NCBI GenBank assembly: GCA_902575375.1
Contig: CACGRD010000001.1
Coordinates: 20,691-84,690, forward strand
DNA length: 64,000 nt
Direction: 5' to 3'
Source of the DNA: an uncultured Alphaproteobacteria bacterium
Lineage (GTDB): Bacteria; Pseudomonadota; Alphaproteobacteria; HIMB59; GCA-002718135
Below the pieces are notes generated by a model, which made no database searches, was not told the origin of the DNA, and saw nothing but the letters and a program-made list of their open reading frames with translations. Of the stretch, positions 21,290 through 34,079 are shown piece by piece; positions within the stretch are counted from its first letter, which is position 1, and each line of letters begins with the position of its first letter. The position numbers were made by a program, and so were the translations under genes.

Positions 21290-22459
21290 TTATATAGACT
21301 TATAAATTTGTTTTATAATTTGCTTTGCACAATTTACCTTTGTCATTTTCTTAAATTTTTTTATCTGTTTTTTTGTAATTATTGATATCCGATTATAATC
21401 TGAACCAAAAACTTTATTTTTACTATCGATTTTATTGTAAACCATCATATCACATTTTTTATCAACTAATTTTTTTTTGGCATTATCAATGCTTCCTGTT
21501 TCTGCAGCAAAACCTACTAAAAATTTAGGTCTTTGAGTTTTGCTTTTTCCAATTTTTTCTAAAATATCAATATTCTTATAAAGACTAATATTCAATTTTT
21601 CATTTTTTTTAATCTTGGATTTATTTATTTTTTTATTTTTGAAATCAGATACTGCAGCAGTAAAAATTCCTATATCAATTTTAGAAATTTTTCTAATTTT
21701 TTGATACATTTCGTTTGCTGATTTTATTTGAATAAATTTTAAATTTGGTGGAGGATCTAAATTTGTTGGTCCAGATATCAAGGTTACATCCGCTCCATAT
21801 AAAACTAATTGTGAAGCAATTTCATAGCCTTGTTTTCCAGAAGATTGATTTGAAATAAACCTAACTGGATCAATCATTTCAATTGTTGGTCCTGCAGTTA
21901 CTAGGCATTTTTTATTTTTTAACAAATTAACATTTTCTAGTCTGTTTAAAATTCTATTTACTATATTTTTTGAGTTATCAATTCTACCTAAACCAAATTC
22001 TCCACACTTTAGATTTCCAACTGTAGGGCCAATAAAATCATGACCGCTATCTTTTAATAATCTCACATTTTTCTGATTAATTTTATTATACCACATAAAA
22101 CTATTCATTGCAGGGACAAACAAAATTTTTTTATTTGAAGCAAGCAACGTATTAGAAGCTAAATTATCTCCATATCCATTAGCAAATTTTGCAATAGAAT
22201 TAGCTGTTGATGGACATACAACTATTAAATCATTATCTCTTGATAAATTAATATGAAGCATCTTATTTTTTTTCTCATCTTCATCAGTAAATATTCTATT
22301 TTTAAGTAATTTTTTTATATCTGATATTTTTAAATATTTCTTTGCCTCTTTAGTTAGAATGCAACTAATTTTAACTTCATTGATATTCAGCAAAGCAATA
22401 ATTTCTTTACATCGAGATGCAGCAATAGAGCCAGTAATTATTAATAAAATTTTATTCAT
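21290..22459 (-). CDS. coaBC: Phosphopantothenoylcysteine decarboxylase/ligase
   Basis: TGSIAA, PAMN, CGEFGLGR, TAGPT..IDPVRFISNQSSGKQG, GFAAET. Confidence 0.96.
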   Translation of the reverse strand: MNKILLIITGSIAASRCKEIIALLNINEVKISCILTKEAKKYLKISDIKKLLKNRIFTDEDEKKNKMLHINLSRDNDLIVVCPSTANSIAKFANGYGDNLASNTLLASNKKILFVPAMNSFMWYNKINQKNVRLLKDSGHDFIGPTVGNLKCGEFGLGRIDNSKNIVNRILNRLENVNLLKNKKCLVTAGPTIEMIDPVRFISNQSSGKQGYEIASQLVLYGADVTLISGPTNLDPPPNLKFIQIKSANEMYQKIRKISKIDIGIFTAAVSDFKNKKINKSKIKKNEKLNISLYKNIDILEKIGKSKTQRPKFLVGFAAETGSIDNAKKKLVDKKCDMMVYNKIDSKNKVFGSDYNRISIITKKQIKKFKKMTKVNCAKQIIKQIYKSI

Positions 22460-23190
22460 TACAGTTTATAGCCAGTATGTATTGCTATAATTCCATTAAA
22501 TAGATTAATAGTTTCGACTTTAGTAAATCCACATTCACGTAGATTTTTGCTAAGTTCTTCTTGTGATGGAAACAAATCAATACTTTCACTCAAATATTTA
22601 TAAGCATTCATATCTCTAGCAACTATTTCTCCTAACAGAGGTAAAATCTTTGATTTGTAAATTTTATATGAACTTGATACCAAAGATGATTTAGGTGTAC
22701 TAAATTCTAGGCAACAATATTTACCACCAGGTTTAAGAACTCTGTAAGCCTCTTTTATAGACAATAAATACTCTGTCACATTTCTTAAGCAGAAAGAAAT
22801 AGTATATTTATCAAAAAAATTATTTTCAAAATTTAACTTTTCAGCATTACCAATAAAATATTTTATATTTTTTTCTTTTCTTAATCTTTTTCTTCCTTCT
22901 AATAACATTTCTTCATTTAGATCTAAAAGATAAAGACTGGTTGATAAATTTTCTTTTAAAATTTCGCTGGCAATATCACCAGAACCAGAACCAACATCCA
23001 AGATAATTTCATTTTCTTTTAGATTAACAGTTTCTACAAATCTTTTTTTCCATAAACGATGCATACCTAAACTCATTAAATCATTCATAATATCGTAGCT
23101 TGGAGCTACGCTTGAAAATACATTCTGAACAAGTTTAGTCTTTTGTTTTGAATTTACTTTTGTATAACCAAAATTATAATCTTTTTTCAT
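22459..23190 (-). CDS. ubiE: Ubiquinone/menaquinone C-methyltransferase
   Basis: YDIMNDLMSLGMHRLWK, RVLKPGG, YKYLSESI. Confidence 0.95.
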   Translation of the reverse strand: MKKDYNFGYTKVNSKQKTKLVQNVFSSVAPSYDIMNDLMSLGMHRLWKKRFVETVNLKENEIILDVGSGSGDIASEILKENLSTSLYLLDLNEEMLLEGRKRLRKEKNIKYFIGNAEKLNFENNFFDKYTISFCLRNVTEYLLSIKEAYRVLKPGGKYCCLEFSTPKSSLVSSSYKIYKSKILPLLGEIVARDMNAYKYLSESIDLFPSQEELSKNLRECGFTKVETINLFNGIIAIHTGYKL

Positions 23191-23191
23191 T

Positions 23192-24010
23192 ATGCCAGAA
23201 TTACCTGAAGTTGAAACTACAGTTAAAGGACTTAGTGTAATATTGAGTCAAAAAATATCTAATGTTAAAATTCATACTTCAAAACTTCGTTTTAAAATTC
23301 CAAATAATATAATTAATATACTACGTTACTCCAAGATATCCAACCTTAGACGTATAGCAAAGTTCATAATCATAGATTTAGATACAGAATATTCTCTAGT
23401 AATACATCTAGGAATGTCCGGAAGATTAAAAACTGTTAATAAAAGCTACAAACGAATAAAACATGATCATTTTGTTATGTACTTTTTAAGTGGAATGATA
23501 CTTGTTTATCATGATCAAAGGAAATTTGGATTTATAGATATAATAAAAACAAAAGATCTACAAAAACAAAAGTATATATTTAGTTTGGGTGTAGATGCAC
23601 TGAGTCCAAATCTTACAGCACAAATGATATTTGAAAAAATTTCAAAATCTGAGGTCCCAATAAAGCAGATTTTACTAAATCAAAAATTAATTGCTGGTAT
23701 AGGTAATATCTATGCATCGGAAATTCTATTTGATTCTAAAATTTCACCACTTACTTTAGGTAAGGATTTAGAAATTAGTCTCATTATGAAACTAATTAAG
23801 TCTATAAGAAAGATTTTAAAGAAAGCAATTAAACATGGGGGTTCCAGTATAAGAGATTATAGGTCTACTGACGGTACATTAGGAAACTTTCAGTCAAATT
23901 TTAAGGTTTATAATAAAGAAGGAAAAAAAATAGGTGGAGATAAGGTTAAAAAGATCGTTCAATACGGAAGATCTACTTTTTATTGTCCAAAACTTCAAAA
24001 TAACAAGTAA
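23192..24010 (+). CDS. mutM: Formamidopyrimidine-DNA glycosylase (zinc finger degenerate)
   Basis: MPELPEVE, HLGMSG, GIGNIYASE (H2TH), GRSTFYCP. Confidence 0.96.
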   Translation: MPELPEVETTVKGLSVILSQKISNVKIHTSKLRFKIPNNIINILRYSKISNLRRIAKFIIIDLDTEYSLVIHLGMSGRLKTVNKSYKRIKHDHFVMYFLSGMILVYHDQRKFGFIDIIKTKDLQKQKYIFSLGVDALSPNLTAQMIFEKISKSEVPIKQILLNQKLIAGIGNIYASEILFDSKISPLTLGKDLEISLIMKLIKSIRKILKKAIKHGGSSIRDYRSTDGTLGNFQSNFKVYNKEGKKIGGDKVKKIVQYGRSTFYCPKLQNNK

Positions 24011-24028
24011 TTCTATATTAAATATTAA

Positions 24029-24056
24029 TTGACTTAATTTATTTTGAATTTATAGC
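24029..24056 (+). promoter_or_regulatory. Putative sigma70 promoter for rpsT (leaderless geometry)
   Basis: TTGACT (24029-24034)-N16-TATAGC (24051-24056)-N6-ATG (24063); no SD. Confidence 0.5.
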
Positions 24057-24062
24057 ACGCAT

Positions 24063-24323
24063 ATGGCTAATCATGCTTCTGCAAAAAAAAGATCTAGACA
24101 GAACAAAACTAGAAATACTATTAATTCTCAATATCTATCTAAATTTAGAAACGCTCTAAATAAATTTAAATCATCAGTAGAGGGAAAAAATGAGGAAGAA
24201 ATCCAAAAATCTTTCAGCAATGTCAACTCAATAATGGCCAGAGCGTCAAAAAAAGGTATTTTTAAAAAAGAATACATATCCAGAAAGTTATCCTCTTTAT
24301 CAAAACAAATTTCAAAAAAATAA
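24063..24323 (+). CDS. rpsT: 30S ribosomal protein S20
   Basis: MANHASAKKRSRQ, KGIF, SRKLSSL; mutM-rpsT-dnaA synteny. Confidence 0.96.
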   Translation: MANHASAKKRSRQNKTRNTINSQYLSKFRNALNKFKSSVEGKNEEEIQKSFSNVNSIMARASKKGIFKKEYISRKLSSLSKQISKK

Positions 24324-24400
24324 TTTTTTTTTATTTTTTTCACTTTTCTTCTTGCTAAAAATACTTAAAGGGTGTTGATTAGGTAAATTAATTTGGTGAT

Positions 24401-24440
24401 AAAATTTTACGACTTTAGATTTTTTGCGTAAAATTTTTTT
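24401..24440 (+). repeat. Perfect 11-bp inverted repeat in the dnaA upstream region
   Basis: AAAATTTTACG (24401-24411), 15-nt spacer, CGTAAAATTTT (24427-24437), then TTT. Confidence 0.7.
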
Positions 24441-24469
24441 AAGCTATAAAATCATCTTGTTGGGGGAAA

Positions 24470-25864
24470 ATGGATAATTCATCTACTATATTTGACGACA
24501 GTAAATGGTTATCTTTTAAAAAAAATCTTAAAAAAAATGTTGGTGATTCTGCCTTCAACAATTGGCTAAAACATTTAAACTATGTTTCTGTTGAAGAAAC
24601 TACCATAACATTTTCTGTACCAACAAAGTTTTTAAGAGATTGGATAGTTAATAACTATTCTGACAAGATAAAAAGAGAAGCAATAAATCATCTTGAAAAA
24701 GTCGATACTATAAAATTTGTTGTTAAACCCTCTGGAGGAAGAATAGTTCCAGGCACAACAAGGACTATAAAAAGCAATGATAATCATTGGAAATCCTCAA
24801 TGGATTTAAGATCTAATCAATCATCAACATATCCTAACGAATTTGGAGCTCCGTTAGATCCCCGATTTACTTTTGAAAATTTTGTTGTTGGAAAACCTAA
24901 TGAATTAGCTTTTGCAGCTTCTCAAAGAGTATCTGAAGCAAACAAAATTACGTTCAATCCATTATTTCTATGCGGTGGTGTTGGTTTAGGAAAAACTCAT
25001 TTGATGCATGCTATAGGTTGGAAGATAAAAGAACAACAACCAGAGAGAAAAGTTATTTATCTATCAGCAGAAAAATTTATGTATCAATTTGTTAGAGCGC
25101 TCAGATATAAAGATACATCTGCATTTAAGGAACAGTTTAGATCCATAGATGTACTTATGATTGATGATGTCCAATTTATAAGTGGAAAAGATAATACCCA
25201 AGAAGAATTCTTTCATACTTTCAATGCTTTAATTGAGCAAAATAAACAAATAGTGATATCAGCAGATAAAACGCCTACCGACCTTGATGGAGTTCAAGAA
25301 AGATTAAAATCTAGATTGGGTTGTGGTCTTGTAGCCGACATTCACCCAACAACATACGAACTTAGACTTGGTATACTAATAGAAAAAGCACACAAAAGAG
25401 GGGTAGAGATCCCTCCAAAAGTTTTAGAATTCTTGTCACATAGAATAATTTCCAATGTTAGAGAAATGGAAGGCGCTCTAAATAGACTAGTTGCTCATGC
25501 AACATTAGTAGGAACAGCTATTACCGTTGAAACAGCTCAATTAGTACTTCAAGATTTATTAAAATCTTCTAATAAAAAAATAACAATTGAAGAAATTCAA
25601 AAGAAAGTAGCAGAGCATTTCAATATTAGGATTACAGATATGCATTCACCAAGAAGATCCAGATCTATTGCAAGACCCAGACAGATTGCAATGTACTTAG
25701 CAAAATCCATAACATCTAGATCTTTGCCTGAGATTGGCAGGAAATTTGGTGGAAGAGATCATACGACTGTAATGCATGCTGTTAAGAAAATTGAAGAACT
25801 TAAGCTATCAGATGTTAATTTTAATGAAGACTTAGAATTGCTAAAAAGACTTATAGATTCTTAA
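24470..25864 (+). CDS. dnaA: Chromosomal replication initiator DnaA
   Basis: FTFENFVVGKPN, GGVGLGKTHL, IDDVQF, GGRDHTTVMHA. Confidence 0.99.
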   Translation: MDNSSTIFDDSKWLSFKKNLKKNVGDSAFNNWLKHLNYVSVEETTITFSVPTKFLRDWIVNNYSDKIKREAINHLEKVDTIKFVVKPSGGRIVPGTTRTIKSNDNHWKSSMDLRSNQSSTYPNEFGAPLDPRFTFENFVVGKPNELAFAASQRVSEANKITFNPLFLCGGVGLGKTHLMHAIGWKIKEQQPERKVIYLSAEKFMYQFVRALRYKDTSAFKEQFRSIDVLMIDDVQFISGKDNTQEEFFHTFNALIEQNKQIVISADKTPTDLDGVQERLKSRLGCGLVADIHPTTYELRLGILIEKAHKRGVEIPPKVLEFLSHRIISNVREMEGALNRLVAHATLVGTAITVETAQLVLQDLLKSSNKKITIEEIQKKVAEHFNIRITDMHSPRRSRSIARPRQIAMYLAKSITSRSLPEIGRKFGGRDHTTVMHAVKKIEELKLSDVNFNEDLELLKRLIDS

Positions 25865-25887
25865 TTTTTTTTATCATATGCTTAGTC

Positions 25888-27003
25888 ATGAAATTTAAAA
25901 TTCTCCGTTCAAATTTTTTTAATACTTTATCTCATCTACAGGGGATAGTTGATAAAAAAAATTCATTACCAATACTATCTAATATATTAATTGAGGCCAA
26001 AGATAATACATTAACATTGTCATCAACAGACATGGATCTCTCTATTATTGAAAAAATTGATTGTAATGTGTTTGAAGATGGTGCAACAACGATAAATTCT
26101 CAAATTTTATACGATATAGTAAGAAAAATCGATGATAATAGTGAAATAGAAATTATTTCAAATGATGGCAAATTATTAACCTTACGATCCAATGTATCAA
26201 GGTTTTCATTAGCATGTCTGCCTAAAGAAGATTTCCCAATAATTGATCAAAATAATTCTGGCGTTAATATTAAAATTAATTCACAGATAATTTTCAAATT
26301 AATTGATAAAACTAAGTTTGCCATATCAAACGAAGAGACAAGATATTTCTTAAATGGTTTATATTTTAATATAAATAAGGAACAAAATAAAAATATTGTT
26401 ACTCTTGTAGGAACTGACGGGCATCGTTTAGCAAAATTTAGTCATAACATAGAAGATAATATAGACGAGGTATCTGGAGTGATTATTCCAAAAAAAACTA
26501 TCTATGAGTTATCAAAATTACTATCAGAAAGAGATCAAAGTGTTTTGATTTCAATAAGTACAAACAAAATTATATTCACAATAGGCAATATAGTATTTAT
26601 TTCAAAATTAATTGATGGAAGTTTCCCAGATTATAAAAGAGTTATTCCAAAGGATAATTCAAATATTTTAAAAGTTAATAGAGAAATATTACTGTCAGCA
26701 GTAGATAGGGTGAGCACAATTGCTAATGAAAAATCACCTGTAATTAAATTTAAGTTATTACAAAATGTACTTAATTTAAATACAATTAATAATGAAAGCA
26801 GTACCGCTTCTGAAGATTTAAAAATCAACTATAATGGTGATGATATTGAAATTGGTTTCAATTCAAAATATATTATGGATATTGTTAACAATTTAGAAGA
26901 TGAGGAAATTTCAATTAAATTGAAAGATAATACATCTCCAATAATTGCAACTGAAAACTCAAATAGCAATTTAGTTTATGTTTTGATGCCAATGAGAGTT
27001 TAA
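25888..27003 (+). CDS. dnaN: DNA polymerase III beta clamp
   Basis: LPILSNIL, EETRYFLNG, TDGHRLA, FPDY, VLMPMRV. Confidence 0.98.
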   Translation: MKFKILRSNFFNTLSHLQGIVDKKNSLPILSNILIEAKDNTLTLSSTDMDLSIIEKIDCNVFEDGATTINSQILYDIVRKIDDNSEIEIISNDGKLLTLRSNVSRFSLACLPKEDFPIIDQNNSGVNIKINSQIIFKLIDKTKFAISNEETRYFLNGLYFNINKEQNKNIVTLVGTDGHRLAKFSHNIEDNIDEVSGVIIPKKTIYELSKLLSERDQSVLISISTNKIIFTIGNIVFISKLIDGSFPDYKRVIPKDNSNILKVNREILLSAVDRVSTIANEKSPVIKFKLLQNVLNLNTINNESSTASEDLKINYNGDDIEIGFNSKYIMDIVNNLEDEEISIKLKDNTSPIIATENSNSNLVYVLMPMRV

Positions 27004-27006
27004 AAT

Positions 27007-30551
<3,545 letters not shown>

Positions 30552-30557
30552 ACTTTA

Positions 30558-31787
30558 ATGAATACAATTTTACTCGGAAATTTAATCAAAATAAGATGGA
30601 TAGCAATTTTTGGCCAGTTTTTAGCAATTTTTTTTGTATCCTTTGTTATAAAAATTCAAATTCCCTTTTTTGAAGCTCTTACAATAATCTTATTATCAGT
30701 AGCAGTAAATTTTTATTCTTATTACGAAGAAAGAAAAAATAAATCTATTAGCAACACAAAAACTTTTTCATATTTACTTTTTGATACCTTGCAATTAGGT
30801 TTTTTATTATTTTTGACAGGAGGAATAATTAATCCTTTTTCAATATTAATTTTAGCACCAGTAATTACATCTGCATCATATCTGCCTGCATTAATGACAG
30901 TTATTCTTTCAACTATCTCAATAATTATTATAATAACATTAAATTTTATTTATACCCCTCTTGATCTAGGCCCTAAATTTTTTTTACCAAATCTTTATAG
31001 TTTTGGTTTAGTTGCCTCATTAATTATTACAGTAATTTTTATTGCTATCTATGCCTATTTATTTGCAAGTTCGTCGAGAAAAATTTCAAATGCACTTTCA
31101 GTTTCAAAACTACAAATTCTAAATCAAAAGAAAATGACTGAAGTAGGTTCTCTTAGTGCTGCTGCAGCTCATGAATTGGGTACTCCACTTAATACAATAT
31201 TTTTAATTTTAAATGATTTATTAAAAGAAAAAAAATTAATTGAAGATAAAAATATAGCTAAAGATATTGTATTGCTAAAATCACAAGCAGAAAGATGTAA
31301 AGAAATATTACAAAGTTTTTCTAAAAACCCTCTTAAATTAAAAGACAATTTTTTAGAAAAAGTAAAAATATCTGATTTAATTAAAATAAACTTTGATAAA
31401 TTTAATAAAAATAAAAATCTAACTTTAAAAATTAATCCTTCAGAGTCTGAGCCTGAAATTCTTTATAGAGACGAAATAATGTATGCTTTAGGTAACATAA
31501 TCCAAAATGCAATATTCTACTCTATCAATACAACTAAAGTTGAATTAAACTATGAAAAAACAATAGTTAAAATAACTATATCAGATGATGGAAATGGCTT
31601 TTCTAAAGATATAATTGATAAATTAGGAGAGCCATATGTTTCGAAAAATAATCAGGGAATGGGATTAGGTATATTTATAGCAAAAAACCTAATTGAAAAT
31701 ATGGGAGGTAACCTTGATTTTTATAATTCTAAAGAAGACAATGCTGTTGTTGAAATTAATTTTGATAACTCTATCTTAAATATATGA
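30558..31787 (+). CDS. regB: Redox sensor histidine kinase RegB/PrrB/ActS
   Basis: GGIINPF quinone-binding motif, AAAAHELGTPL, ERCKEIL redox Cys, GMGLG. Confidence 0.93.
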   Translation: MNTILLGNLIKIRWIAIFGQFLAIFFVSFVIKIQIPFFEALTIILLSVAVNFYSYYEERKNKSISNTKTFSYLLFDTLQLGFLLFLTGGIINPFSILILAPVITSASYLPALMTVILSTISIIIIITLNFIYTPLDLGPKFFLPNLYSFGLVASLIITVIFIAIYAYLFASSSRKISNALSVSKLQILNQKKMTEVGSLSAAAAHELGTPLNTIFLILNDLLKEKKLIEDKNIAKDIVLLKSQAERCKEILQSFSKNPLKLKDNFLEKVKISDLIKINFDKFNKNKNLTLKINPSESEPEILYRDEIMYALGNIIQNAIFYSINTTKVELNYEKTIVKITISDDGNGFSKDIIDKLGEPYVSKNNQGMGLGIFIAKNLIENMGGNLDFYNSKEDNAVVEINFDNSILNI

Positions 31788-32311
31788 ATATGAAATTACT
31801 GATCGTAGATGATGATCTTCCTTTTAGAGAAAGACTTACAAGATCTATGGAAAAAAAAGGATTTGAAGTAATATCTTCTCCAGGTTTTAAAGACTCAATA
31901 TCAAAGGTTAATGATAACAACTTTGATTATGCAGTTGTTGATATGAGATTAGAAGATGGGTCTGGATTAGAATTAGTCAAAGAATTGCAAAAGATTAGTC
32001 CTCAAACCAAATCACTTCTTTTAACTGGTTATGGAAATATCGCAACTGCAGTAGCTGCAATTAAATCAGGAGCAATCGACTATCTCCCAAAACCAGCAGA
32101 AATTGATCAAATTTATGATGCTCTTACTAATTCTAAAGAAATACTACCTCCCCCACCAGAAAATCCAATGACTGCAGATAGAATTAGATGGGAACATATT
32201 CAAAGAGTGTTTATACAGTGTAATAGAAATGTGTCTGAAACGGCTAGAAGATTAAGAATGCATAGACGTACATTACAGAGAATACTGAATAAACATGCAC
32301 CAAGAGAATAG
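31784..32311 (+). CDS. regA: Response regulator RegA/PrrA/ActR
   Basis: LTGYGNIATAV, PPPENPM, WEHIQRV, NVSETARRLRMHRRTLQRIL. Confidence 0.97.
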   Translation: MNMKLLIVDDDLPFRERLTRSMEKKGFEVISSPGFKDSISKVNDNNFDYAVVDMRLEDGSGLELVKELQKISPQTKSLLLTGYGNIATAVAAIKSGAIDYLPKPAEIDQIYDALTNSKEILPPPPENPMTADRIRWEHIQRVFIQCNRNVSETARRLRMHRRTLQRILNKHAPRE

Positions 32312-33326
32312 CACAACTTTATCCATAGTAATACCTGTTTATAACGAAGTTAACTTTCTTGACGAACTCTTCAATCAATTAATATTTTTTTTTAATAATA
32401 AATATACTGAAATTATTTTTGTTGATGATGGTTCAGATGATGGTTCCTCCAAATTGTTAACACAATTAAAAAAAAAAAATAGCTACAAATTTTCAATTAA
32501 AATTTTAAGACTTGATAATAATTCAGGTAAAGGAAAAGCAATTCAGATAGGTATAAAAAATTCAAATGGAGAATATGTCTTGCTTCAAGATGCAGATTTA
32601 GAATTAGACTGCAAAGATGCTAAAGAAATGTTTGAAATGATTTCTGCTAAAAAAGAAATAAAATGTATTTTTGGTAGTAGATATTTATCAGGAAAATTAA
32701 GGAAAAATAATTATTTATTTAATAACCTTTTAGGAAAAATAAATTCCTTAATATTCAATGTATTTTTTTCACAATCATTAAGTGATGTTCATTGTGGATT
32801 AAAAATTTTACACAGAAGTGTAATAGAAAAAATTCAACTTACTATAAATGATTTCGGTATTGAGATTGATCTAGCTTCACAAATAGTAAGAAATAACTTT
32901 TTTATTTATGAATATGGTGTTTCATATTTTTTTAGATCAAAAGTCCAAGGAAAAAAAATTACATGGACTGATGGTTTAAAATCTTTTTATTATCTTTTTA
33001 AAGTAAGATTTTTTGATAATTCTGCTTCAACAAATTTATCAATTGCCTATTCCTCAGCTTATATGGCATTTGTAGGATCATATTTTGGTATGGGATTAGG
33101 TAATAAATTATTTATTTTTTTATTTTTTATATTAGGATCTGTTTTAGGAATTCACTTTAAGTTAATGACCTCAAGCTTAATTTTTCTATTTATTTATATC
33201 GGATCTTTTTTTGGAAAAGGACAAGGAAAAGTATTATCAGTGATTATCTTTTTTATATTAGGTATATATATTGCAAATAAATTAAAAAAAATTTTCCAAA
33301 AAACAAAATATAAATTAATTTTTTAA
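32295..33326 (+). CDS. GT2 (DPM1/GtrB-like) glycosyltransferase with C-terminal membrane repeats
   Basis: IPVYNE, VDDGSDD, GKGKA, QDADLE, GSRY; hydrophobic C-terminal ~90 aa. Confidence 0.88.
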   Translation: MHQENSTTLSIVIPVYNEVNFLDELFNQLIFFFNNKYTEIIFVDDGSDDGSSKLLTQLKKKNSYKFSIKILRLDNNSGKGKAIQIGIKNSNGEYVLLQDADLELDCKDAKEMFEMISAKKEIKCIFGSRYLSGKLRKNNYLFNNLLGKINSLIFNVFFSQSLSDVHCGLKILHRSVIEKIQLTINDFGIEIDLASQIVRNNFFIYEYGVSYFFRSKVQGKKITWTDGLKSFYYLFKVRFFDNSASTNLSIAYSSAYMAFVGSYFGMGLGNKLFIFLFFILGSVLGIHFKLMTSSLIFLFIYIGSFFGKGQGKVLSVIIFFILGIYIANKLKKIFQKTKYKLIF

Positions 33327-33374
33327 TTATAAATTTTTTAGTAATTAATGTATTAGTTTATTAGATATTTCTTC

Positions 33375-34079
33375 ATGTTCAATCATTTTAACAAAATAAG
33401 CAAAGAATACTTTACATATAAAAATAGTATAAGTTATCAAAATATATATACTGAAATATCTAATCAAATTAACCCAATTATAAAAAATAAAAATATTTTA
33501 GATATTGGAAGTGGTGGAAATATTTTTTATAATTATAATTTAGCTAATAAGTTATATGCCTTGGATATATCTGAAAATATGCTCAAAAATCTAAATAATA
33601 GTAAAATTACAAAATTAATCCAAGATGCAAGAGACTTATCAAATATTAAAAAAGGTTCCGTTGATGTAGTTTTAATGATTTTTGCAATACATCACATAAA
33701 TGGACCAGACTACAAAAGTACAATAAGATCTCTTCAAAAGGTTTTAAGTGAGGCAAATAAGGTAATTAATACAAAAGGCGAAATTATAATAGTTGAGCTA
33801 ACTTTAAACGATTTTTTTTACTTATTACAAAGATTAATTTATAAAATTACTTTTAAGATATTAAATATTTTCAAAACTGATATGGTTTTCTTCTATAGTA
33901 AAAAAATAATAGAGGAAGGTATAAACTCAATAGGAATTAAAACTAAAGTAACTGTTATTGATTTAAAAATGTCTGGTTGGCTAGATCCCTGTCTAGGAAC
34001 ATTTCCTGGTATTATAAAAATACCTGCTTTTATGATGCCTACACAATTAAGGTTCTTCTATCTAAAAAAAAATAATTAG
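33375..34079 (+). CDS. Class I SAM-dependent methyltransferase
   Basis: ILDIGSGG, LDIS, QDA, AIHH motifs. Confidence 0.8.
   Translation: MFNHFNKISKEYFTYKNSISYQNIYTEISNQINPIIKNKNILDIGSGGNIFYNYNLANKLYALDISENMLKNLNNSKITKLIQDARDLSNIKKGSVDVVLMIFAIHHINGPDYKSTIRSLQKVLSEANKVINTKGEIIIVELTLNDFFYLLQRLIYKITFKILNIFKTDMVFFYSKKIIEEGINSIGIKTKVTVIDLKMSGWLDPCLGTFPGIIKIPAFMMPTQLRFFYLKKNN

Noticed and set aside
24324-25887. oriC next to dnaA
   Set aside because: No cluster of TTATCCACA-like boxes in the rpsT-dnaA or dnaA-dnaN gaps; alphaproteobacterial origins are often unlinked from dnaA.
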